Assembly: GCF_006345805.1 (NCBI RefSeq) | Contig: NC_042999.1 | Coordinates: 115,568,001 to 115,632,000, forward strand | Source: Octopus sinensis | Lineage: Eukaryota | Direction of reading: 5' to 3' | DNA length: 64,000 nucleotides | The notes under the pieces: generated by a model | The model's input: only the letters and a program-made list of their open reading frames with translations | Databases searched by the model: none | What the model was told of the DNA's origin: nothing | Shown here: positions 53,684 through 64,000 of the stretch, one piece after another | How positions within the stretch are numbered: the stretch's first letter is position 1 | How the letters are laid out: every line of letters starts with the position of its first letter | Translations under genes and position numbers: made by a program

Positions 53684-54124
53684 TAACAAAATATTACCTG
53701 ATTATTTATTCATTACTTCCAGCTATAAGAAAAGAGGTGCTTTATCTGAAATCACAGAAAAATGTGTTTAGTATTTTTGCTGCAAATATGCAAAGTTCAT
53801 GTTACCGTTATTTCCAGATCAATTTCTTTTGAATCTGAAACTGATCTAAATTGTTGAAAACACGACAGTGGTAAGGAATTCAAACTTACCTTGTTAAAGC
53901 AAAAGATTTTAACAAATTGTTAGCTGTTGGGTAAGGTGAAAGCAACGCGTAATTCTTGTTGAAATAAATGCTAAAATTAAACATTAATATTAATTATTTT
54001 TGGTTACATTTTTTGTATATATTATATGTTTGTGAGTCAATACATAAAAAGAAACATATAAACAACACGAGTCAGTTTAATTAAAATCGTTATTACTATT
54101 CACTTTTAAAAGACACACATACAT

Positions 54125-54218
54125 ACACACACACACACACAAACAAACAGACAGAAAGACGCAGACACACGCATGATATATATGTATGTGTATATATGCG
54201 TATATATGTACATATATG

Positions 54219-54250
<32 letters not shown>

Positions 54251-54419
54251 ATATTATATATATATATATATATGATTATATATGTGTGTGTGTGTGTGTG
54301 TATAGATAGATAGATACACACGCACACACACACACACACACAAACAAACAGACAGAAAGACGCAGACACACGCATGATATATATGTATGTGTATATATGC
54401 GTATATATGTACATATATG

Positions 54420-54471
<52 letters not shown>

Positions 54472-54545
54472 TATATATATATGATTATATATGTGTGTGT
54501 GTGTGTGTATAGATAGATAGATACACACGCACACACACACACACA
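54125..54545. repeat. Tandem duplication of a ~190-bp microsatellite-mosaic unit
   Basis: caaacaaacagacagaaagacgcagacacacgcatgatatatatgtatgtgtatatatgcg occurs twice. Confidence 0.85.
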
Positions 54546-54733
54546 CATATATATTTCTCTCACGCGCTCATACACATCACACATCGGTAACATTCATTAA
54601 TTTTTTGAAAATGGGGTCATAATCTCGAAATATTGAATGCAAGGTAAGTCTACATTAATTCATATATTTGTTCTCGTGATTTGCCTTGCATTTACTTCGC
54701 GTTGTTCTGGCCTTACCCACGATCCTTTATATA

Positions 54734-54768
<35 letters not shown>

Positions 54769-54780
54769 ATATATATATAT

Positions 54781-54820
<40 letters not shown>

Positions 54821-54862
54821 CAGTGAAATCCTACAAATACTGAAAATGAAATTATCCTACTA

Positions 54863-56148
54863 TCAGGTCATTCCATAAAGTCTGTCCGATTTTACCTTTT
54901 TTTAAATTGAATGAAATTTAATAGTATTTTAGAATGCCTAATGGAATTAAAAATCATTTTTATGCATTTTTGTACATTTAAACTAATTAAATATTATTTT
55001 ACAGAATAATAGAATTAAAATTTCTTTGATTAAAACTCTTTCTAACATGGAAGTATCCAAAGAGCATTTAAGGCGCATAATGCTTTATGAGTACAAATAA
55101 GGAAACTCTGCAGCCGAAGCGACTCGAAACATACACTCAGTTTATAGGAAGGAATGCTTGAATGAAAGAACTTGCAGAAGATGGTTTGTAAAGTTCAGAG
55201 GTGGAGATTTCAGCCTTGAAGATGAAGAGCGAACAAGACATCCAGTTGAGTTTGATGACAAACATCTTGAGGCATTACTTGAAGAGAATCCTACATTATC
55301 AGTTTAGGAATCGTCAAAAAAGTTTAGTTCAAACCATACAACTGTTCATCGTCATCTTCAACAACTTGGAAAGGTTCGTAAACTTGGAAAATGGGTGCCT
55401 CATGAATTGTCTGAAAGCAACCGCAAATCCCGAGTTGACATCTGCTCTTCTATTCATTCTCGCAAACTCATTTCACCCTTTTGGATAGACTTGTGATTGG
55501 TGACGAAAAATGGATCTTCTATCGAAATGTTAAACGTCGTAAACAGTGGCTTGGTAAAAGGGAAAAAGCTCAACCACAACCGAGAAGGGAACTTCATGGG
55601 AAAAAGGTTCTTCTCTCTATCTGGTGGGATTGCAAAGGAGTAATTCACTTTGAATTGTTATCACCTAATGCAAAAATCAATGCTCAAGTCTACTGTCAGC
55701 AATTAGAGAGTTTGAAGCAAGCTTTGAAGAAGAAAAGACCTGCTTTAGTGAATCGAAAAGGAGTGATGTTTCATCAGGACAATGCGGAATCCCATACTGC
55801 AAAGATCACATCACAGAAGATCGAGGAGCTTGGTTGGGAAAAAATTCCTCATCTACCTTATTCTCCCGATCTAGTTCCTTCAAACTACCATTTGTTTCGT
55901 AGCTTGCAGGATCATTTGGAGGACATAACTTTCACAAGCCAGGAGGAGATCGAAACTGATATTTCAGAGTTCTTCGCTTTGAAACTAAAATAGTTTTACA
56001 TTGATGGGATTAAAAAGCTTGTAAATAGATTGAAGCAAGCATAGATAATCAGGGAAAGTACATAGATGATTAAATATAAATTAAATATAATATTTGATCA
56101 CTTGTTTTCTTTATTCAAAATTCGAACAGAACTTATGAGACGACCTGA
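54863..56148 (+). mobile_element. Full-length mariner, same family as 26018-27307, inactivated
   Basis: TA TSD and TIRs tcaggtcattccataaagtctgtccga / cgaacagaacttatgagacgacctga; VIGDEKW, FHQDNA, YSPDLVPSNY (third Asp replaced by Asn); stop and frameshift in the N-terminus. Confidence 0.92.
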
Positions 56149-56475
56149 TATATTGAATACTAAAGCTTGGAGATCATATCGACCAAAACAATCAACAAGG
56201 AAACATAGCCAATAGTATTACTCTCGCAAACACCTGTTTATACTGCAGTGTTAGAAGTGAAGTTGAAGTAAAATCTTTCCTACAGTCATATATTAATGCT
56301 AGCACTCTCCTTACTTGTCTTTTCAAGGCCAGCTGTTTCAGTATTTACACTTTGTCAACAAACAAAACACATACAACAAATTATATGTAGATAATCCTTT
56401 CATTTAATCCAGAAGCTGAAGGTTTGTTAAAAATTTCACTTTTAAGTGAGGAAGCGAAAATATCGACCACCGTTA

Positions 56476-56597
<122 letters not shown>

Positions 56598-56646
56598 GTT
56601 AGCTAGCGAGCTAGCTAGCTACCCCACCATCTCTTCATACGTATAC

Positions 56647-56689
<43 letters not shown>

Positions 56690-56774
56690 GTGTGTTGTGT
56701 GTGTGTGTGCGTGCGTGTGTGTGCGTGTATGTGTGTGTATACATGGAAATGGATGCATAAAATACTGTCGTAAA

Positions 56775-57090
<316 letters not shown>

Positions 57091-57098
57091 GATGATGA

Positions 57099-57306
57099 TT
57101 TCAAATTTTGCCACAAGAGCAGCAATTATGGGTGAGGGACTAGTCGATCACAACAACCTCAGTGTTCAACTGGTATTTATTTTATCGACCCCGAAAGGAT
57201 GAAGGTCAAAGTCGACCTCGGAGGAATTTTATCTCAGAACTTGGTGACGGGTGAAATACCGCTGTTTCGTCCAGCGTGCTAACGATTCTGCCACCTCGCA
57301 GTCTTA
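57099..57306 (-). mobile_element. SINE family B embedded in (GAT)n/(TAA)n
   Basis: ttcaaattttgccacaag...gtcgacctcggaggaattt...ctcgcagtctt. Confidence 0.8.
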
Positions 57307-57316
57307 AAAAATAATA

Positions 57317-57389
<73 letters not shown>

Positions 57390-57403
57390 TAATAATAATA
57401 ATA

Positions 57404-57866
57404 AGGTGGGCTACAGCAAATATTCTGCTCAATACCACAGATTTGCTTGTCAGTTGTTTGAACTTAACCAGTTGAGCATGTGCCTTATTGGTTGACAATA
57501 TGTGCATCTCTGATCATGAGCAGAAGTAGTGGGGGAGCATCATAGCCATGTGTTGAGAGGAATTCTTGGGGTTGGGATAATTCACCTCTGGAAGCATGTG
57601 TGTTTCGTTCAACATGCTTAAACAACCCTTATTCAGGGACCTTTTAAGCGGGATGGGCTACTCGACCAGAAGAAAATTCTAACGGGGCCCCACATGCAAG
57701 GTCATGCGCTCTTAATAGTGATATGAGATCACCATGTCACGCACATATGGTTGTGATGTATGTGTCTGGTGTACTCTTATCAGACGAGTAGTCACGATGG
57801 GTATACTGAGCTTCGTATATTTTACCCCAGTGTCACTTTGATGGCAGGCACTGTCCCTTACTCAAT
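57404..57866. mobile_element. Unclassified ~460-bp non-coding insertion flanked by (TAA)n on both sides
   Basis: GC-richer block with sharp boundaries against TAA repeats; no ORF, TIR or tRNA head recognised. Confidence 0.45.
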
Positions 57867-57880
57867 AACAGTAATAATAA

Positions 57881-58095
57881 TCCCTTCTACAATATGCACA
57901 AGGCCTGAAATTCGGGGGAGGTGACTAGTCGATTATATCAACTCCAAAATTTCACTGGTACTTAATTTATCGAACCCGAAAGGAGGAAAAGCAAAGTTGA
58001 CCTTGGCAGAATTTGAATGCAGAAAATGGCAATGGGCGAAGTACCATTAAGCGTTTCGTCCAGCGTGCTAAAGATTCTGCCAGATCGCAGCCTTA
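57881..58095 (-). mobile_element. SINE family B
   Basis: gcacaaggcctgaaattcgggggagg...ctggtacttaatttatcg...gcagcctt. Confidence 0.8.
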
Positions 58096-58124
58096 AATAA
58101 TAATAATGATAACAGTAATAATAC

Positions 58125-58292
58125 AGTTCTATATTTAAGAGATGAGGAATTATGTATCTTAGTTACATTATTTACATTTGACGAATATTTGTCCTCATCT
58201 TCTTTGTTGTTAACACAACGTTTCGGCTGCCTTCATCAGGCGTCTTGGGGAAATTTCGAACCCGGGTTCTCATTCCTCAGGTAATTTTCGAA

Positions 58293-58384
<92 letters not shown>

Positions 58385-58458
58385 CAGGTCACTGCCTGGA
58401 ATCGAACTCGGTATCTTAGGGTTAGTAGCCCGCGCTCTTAACCATTACGTCATATGCC
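58125..58458 (-). mobile_element. Composite SINE: tRNA-like head, (TAA)n, Penelope-type body with hammerhead ribozyme
   Basis: Head rc 58383-58458 gggcatatgacgtaatggttaagagcgcgggctactaaccctaagataccgagttcgattcc (A box, anticodon-like loop, B box); (TAA)n 58294-58382; HHR at 58212-58244. Confidence 0.7.
58212..58244 (-). ncRNA. Minimal type I hammerhead ribozyme
   Basis: GACGC CUGAUGA AGGCAGCC GAAAC GUU GUGUU: complete core, 5-bp stem I, palindromic ACGU stem III, short stem II. Predicted cleavage between 58217 and 58216. Confidence 0.7.
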
Positions 58459-58658
58459 CCTTCATTATCAAATACCTATACACACACATGCACGCACACT
58501 CATATATATGCATATATATATATATATACATACATATATACACATATATATACATATATACACATATATACATGTGCGTGTACGTGTATGCGTGTATACA
58601 TATTATATACATACATACATATACACACACACGCACACACACATACACACACAGACAA

Positions 58659-58689
<31 letters not shown>

Positions 58690-59450
58690 AAAGAATAGAT
58701 GTGTGTCTAAATTCACGTACATGCAGAAGTATGTATGTATATGTGTATATGTATATATGTATGTGTAAGTGTGTATATATGTATTTATATAGACCCATAT
58801 GAGTGTGTGTATTTTTATGTTTATATCATTCACCCGCGGAAGTAAGGTGAATATATCCTTACGGTAAATTTTTAGTTACACGCGAGCACGTGTAGGTTTC
58901 ATCACCAATTCAGTTCGCAGCCATATTGAATGCGGTTCTTTAGCAATAATGGTTCATTAAAAACAGTTAGGTCAAAATATGTGTGATCAAATATGGGAGA
59001 GTAGGGTGAAAATTCGACTTTGAATCAAAATATGTCAGTTATTTTAAAAGAAACGTATAGATTAATTAGATTTAGAAGAATTTGCTCATTGTGAAGAATC
59101 TTTTGTTGAAATTCTCGTTAAAATGCATTGGCTACGGAAAAAAGTTGTTAGGCTTTAAGTGATAAAAAATGGTAATACCAAAATTGACTTTTAATCAAGA
59201 TATCTCAGCTATTGTTAAACAAAACTATACAATAGCATATGAAAGAGATCAAAGAGATAAATCTTATGTATAAAATCTGAAGATATTAGCTACAAAATAG
59301 TGGTATGGCTTTGAGTGACGAAGAAAAGGTGATCATGTTAAGAAATCAAAATATTTTTGTAATTTTATGATATTTAGCATTATTAAAGACGGTATTTGAC
59401 GTTAACGGTCGCTCTGCTTAACGATTCAGAGCGTTTAACCATAGTTCATA

Positions 59451-59778
<328 letters not shown>

Positions 59779-60058
59779 GTTAAAATGAAAAATTTAAATA
59801 ATTAAAAAGAACTAATCATTAATTATTTAATTAGAATATAATATTATTTTATAATACAAATTGTTTAAAAATATATTTATTTGGAACAGATATCTTGCTG
59901 TACATCCTTTGTTACTTTTAGATGCAAACAAAATTTCTAAGAACAAAATCTGTATTTAAAAAAACATTTACTAGCATTATTTTTTCAATTATAAAGGTAA
60001 ATACAATTAATTATAATAATAGAAGCGTTGCCTGGAAAAAGTTGACTAGAAGGACTAG

Positions 60059-61144
60059 TGGACGCTGAATTCTAAAATATTCTTAAGTATTTAACTTGGA
60101 AAATTACAGAACAAGCGGTAATGGAGTCTGGAAAAGTAGAGGAGGAGAAAAAAAATATATATATAAATATTGCTGTTGAAGTTAGAATTTAAAAACTAAA
60201 ATAGTAATAAATTTATATTTATTTTTACTTAATAGTTTAAATCGAATTACTTAAGTAGAAGAAAACTTAAAATGTTGCTGAAGTTGGAATTTGCTAAATA
60301 AATTTCTGAACAGCTCGTCATGTAGTGTGTGCAGTTTCGTTTTCATATTATTTTGGGTTTTTAATTGCAAATGTTAAAAGTTTAAGTTAATTTTATATAA
60401 AAAATTTATTTGCATTAAGCTTAAACATTTCTGTCTTATATTTAGTATTATATTATTTTTTATTTCCTTTTCTTAGCAAAATTCATTATCCTAAAATTTT
60501 AAATCACAAATATAGCGTTACAAAACCAAACTCATGCAGAATATATGCAATTCAAAAGAGTTTTAAAAAATAGCAAAAAGTTGTTTTAACGAAACAAAAG
60601 AAATAATTTCTTTAAAGTTTGCCTTATCAGATAACAAAGTGTTTTCTATTTACAGTTAGAAAAATATCTAAAAAAGAAAAGAAGCTAACGAACAAATTAA
60701 CTGCAAAAAGTAGAAATAGCTGTCTCGATTTTTCTTTAAAAGTAAGTTAATAGACAAATTGAGTGCAAAATGTAGAAATGAATGTCTAGATTAAAAAAAA
60801 AAAATAGGGACTTATAATTATTAATTTTCCTTAAATTGCTATTATGAGATTTTTTTAAATATATAAATTTGTAATATTAAATTTCTTATGTGTAAACTTG
60901 CAGGTAAATAGACTTTTCACTAAAACTGAAAATAAATAATCTCTTGGGTATTTTAATTTAAACTTTTAAGTAAAAATAAACATATTTAAAAGGGCATTTA
61001 TTACTATTTTAGCATTTAAATTCTAACTTCAGCAGCAATATTTTAAGTGTTTTTTTCTTGTCCTGTACTTTGCTAGCCTTAATTACTACGTATTCCGTAC
61101 TTTCCCAGGTTTAGTACTTAAGAACATTCTAGGATTCGGTGCCC
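60059..61144. mobile_element. ~1.1-kb non-autonomous element with ~200-bp diverged TIRs
   Basis: 60165 aaatattgctgttgaagttagaatttaaaaactaaaatagtaataaat pairs with 60995-61045; termini ggacgctgaattctaaaatattcttaagta vs rc gggcaccgaatcctagaatgttcttaagta. Confidence 0.7.
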
Positions 61145-61458
61145 GCATTTTTCATTCTAATATATATATGTTTATGTGTGCGTGCGTATCGGTGTACGAA
61201 TTTCACTGTGCCGAATTATGAATCGTCTCTTTAATTATAGCCACATACATATGTACGTAGATGCATATGTATATAACACAATGCAATACCGGGAAGTGTT
61301 TCCGCACTCCCAACAATAGAAACGAACACATAACACTGCGCACTTCCCAGCAACACGGTGTAGCGGGTGATGCAGTAGAAATTTGCCTGAAACTACCAAA
61401 TCTTGAAAATTATAAAATAGTAATAATAATAATAAAAACAATAATAATAATAATAATA

Positions 61459-61507
<49 letters not shown>

Positions 61508-61510
<3 letters not shown>

Positions 61511-62058
61511 GCTATGCCAACATTATGGAATAACAACAGAAAAAAGATGGTATAGGCACACACCAGAAAAGGTCACAGAAAACGAGAAAGCAACCATACT
61601 CTGGGATATGCCGATACACACAGATAGAGAAATTAAGGCCAACAGACCAGATATAGTTGTCAGAGATCATGAAGAAAAAAAATGCTTTCTAATTGATGTA
61701 TCAATACCGGCTGATGACAACGTGTCTCTAAAAGAAATGGAGAAACTCTCAAAATACAAAGACCTGGAAATAGAAGTAACTAGAATGTGGAACCTGAAAA
61801 CAGAAACAATTCCTATCATAGTAGGTGCATTAGGCATGATAAAAAATATTCAGACAATACATAACAAAAACACCAGGACTTACAAACACATATAACATAC
61901 AGAAAATGCACTACTAGGCACTGCACACATCCTACGCAGAACACTTTCCATACAATAACCATCAGAGCATCACAACAAATCACAGCACATACCCAAGGCA
62001 CACAGACCTGCGCTCGGTAGTGAAGTGAAAGCACGCTAAAAAAATAAAACTACTGAAT
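61508..62058 (+). mobile_element. Young 5'-truncated R4/Dong copy D7 (RLE domain plus 3' UTR) between (TAA)n arrays
   Basis: ANRPDIVV..CFLIDVSIPADDNVSLKEMEKLSKYKDL (PD..D..K restriction-like endonuclease); TAA arrays at 61420-61508 and 62058-62120. Confidence 0.9.
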
Positions 62059-62071
62059 AATAATAATAATA

Positions 62072-62120
<49 letters not shown>

Positions 62121-62124
<4 letters not shown>

Positions 62125-64000
62125 CAAAAAGTTCAACTCCAACCCCAAAAAGTTCTACCAAGAACTGGGAAAAAATAAAATAGAAGTCACTGCAGCACCA
62201 ACGGCAGAAGAATTGGAAGAATTCTGGGGAGAAATATGGTCGGCGAACGAACCACCAAAAAAAAGGAGTATCAGAATAACAAACTCGGCATCTGAACAAC
62301 TTTGGACCCCCATAACAACTGAAGAGGTCACCCAGGCACTGCAAAGACTAAGCAACTGGAAGGCACCTGGGCATGACAAGATCCCCAACTTCTGGTTGAA
62401 ATATCTAACAGGAATGCACAAAAAGCTGGCTGAAAACTTTAACAGCATACTAGCAGAGCCAGAGACAATGCCTGAATGGCTCACGAAGGGGAAAACCATC
62501 TTAATTCCCAAATCAAATGAAACAGCAAAACCAGAAAACTACAGACCAATAACCTGCCTCCCTACTATGTTCAAGGCATTTACTGCAGTGATATCGCAAA
62601 AGCTGAACAAGCACCTGGACGAAAACAAACTGTTCCCAGAAGAGCAGAAAGGATGCCGCAAAGGCTCATATGGCTGTAAAGATCAACTAATGATTAATAA
62701 AGCCGTGACTGAAGACAGCCACAGAAAGAAGAAAGGCCTCAGTATGGCCTGGATTGACTACAAAAAGGCGTTTGATAGCATCCCCCACACATGGATCCTC
62801 GAAACACTAGCCATTAACAAAGTAGCACCAACAATCATAAAATTCATAGAGCACTCTATGAATAAATGGCAAACAGTCCTACACCTCCAAACAAAAGAGG
62901 GACTCATGAAAACCAAAGATATCCCCATTAGAAGAGGAATATTCCAGGGAGACACGCTCTCTCCACTCCTTTTCTGCTTGGCACTGTCACCTCTATCTGA
63001 TATGCTAAATAGAACTGGATGCGGATATAAATGTTACGGCAAAACAATCAGCCACCTTTTATATATGGATGACCTAAAACTATACGCTGCAAATGACAAA
63101 CAGCTGGAAACACTATTAAAGACAGTTCATGGATTTACCAAAGAAATAGATATGAAATTTGGATTAGAAAAATGCGCCAAAGTAACCCTGAAAAGAGGAA
63201 AACTAGTTAAGCGTAACAACATCACACTAGATAAAACCAATGAAATAAAATAATTAGACCAAAGCCAAACTTACAAATACTTAGGAATCCATGAACTAGA
63301 TAAGACACACCACACACAAATGAAAGAGAAAATAAAAAAAGAATATTATAGACGAGTTAGATCAATACTAAACACAGAGCTCAATGCTAAAAACAAGATA
63401 ATAGGTATCAACACTTTAGCTGTCCCAGTTATAAGTTAGAAGAAGAAGAAAAAGATGAAGAAACAACAAAAGTTATAAAACAAATGAAATCCAAACTAAA
63501 AATAGAACAGCAACGAACCATGATAAAACGATGGCAAGAAAAGCCCCTTCATGGTAAATACTGGACTAAACTAAACGCAAAAGAAATAGACAAAGAAAAA
63601 TCCCAGCAATGGTTGAGAAGCTCAGGACTCAAAGCAAGAACAGAGGGATTTTTAATTGCAGCACAAGACCAAAGTCTCCCCACCAGAAATTACCAAAAGC
63701 ATGTAATGAAAAGAAATATTACAAGTAACTGCAGAATATGTGGAGATGGACAAGAAACAATAAATCATATTATTTCTAGCTGCCCAGTCCTGGCTAAGAA
63801 GGAATATATTCACAGACATGACAGAGTTGGAACCTACATACATTGAAAGCTATGCCAACATTATGGAATAACAACAGAAAAAAGATGGTATAGGCACACA
63901 CCAGAAAAGGTCACAGAAAACGAGAAAGCAACCATACTCTGGGATATGCCGATACACACAGATAGAGAAATTAAGGCCAACAGACCAGATATAGTTGTCA
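62121..64000 (+). mobile_element. Young R4/Dong copy D8 (5'-truncated, internal deletion near 63437, runs off window)
   Basis: RT ORF, AAQDQ motif, CRICGDGQETINHIISSC zinc knuckle; last ~150 bp identical to D7. Confidence 0.92.
62213..63253 (+). CDS. R4/Dong reverse transcriptase ORF (346 aa, truncated by a premature stop)
   Basis: NWKAPGHD, NYRPITCL, QKGCRKGSYGCKDQL, WIDYKKAFDSIPH, RGIFQGDTLSPLLF, LLYMDDLKLY. Confidence 0.9.
   Translation: MEEFWGEIWSANEPPKKRSIRITNSASEQLWTPITTEEVTQALQRLSNWKAPGHDKIPNFWLKYLTGMHKKLAENFNSILAEPETMPEWLTKGKTILIPKSNETAKPENYRPITCLPTMFKAFTAVISQKLNKHLDENKLFPEEQKGCRKGSYGCKDQLMINKAVTEDSHRKKKGLSMAWIDYKKAFDSIPHTWILETLAINKVAPTIIKFIEHSMNKWQTVLHLQTKEGLMKTKDIPIRRGIFQGDTLSPLLFCLALSPLSDMLNRTGCGYKCYGKTISHLLYMDDLKLYAANDKQLETLLKTVHGFTKEIDMKFGLEKCAKVTLKRGKLVKRNNITLDKTNEIK

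Noticed and set aside
54637-54843. Signal-peptide-like ORF MQGKSTLIHIFVLVICLAF
   Set aside because: It runs directly into (TA)n/(GT)n, and a GTAAGT donor follows codon 2; no support for a secreted peptide.

Overview
AT-rich, repeat-saturated animal DNA, most likely a coleoid cephalopod (Octopus-like). This is inferred from the tRNA-derived SINE families, the abundant R4/Dong LINEs and the microsatellite density; it was not verified by search. No host gene can be named. A few splice-flanked minus-strand segments could be small exons, but the evidence is weak. The window is a transposon graveyard. DNA transposons: DD41D (rosa-type) Tc1/mariner, three mariner lineages including two full-length copies of one family in inverted orientation, a piggyBac relic, a pogo/Tigger relic, several foldback/MITE hairpins and a 3.5-kb ancient inverted repeat. 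Retroelements: Penelope-like (RT and GIY-YIG) relics, about 25 SINE copies in four families, and eight R4/Dong segments stacked head-to-tail in (TAA)n/(TGA)n microsatellites. The most notable signal is a composite minus-strand element at about 58125-58458: a tRNA-like Pol III head, an internal (TAA)n array and a Penelope-type 3' body carrying a minimal type I hammerhead ribozyme. It lies inside a microsatellite landing-pad pile-up. Most ORFs in the supplied track are microsatellite artefacts or transposon fragments. Boundaries of degenerate elements are approximate.
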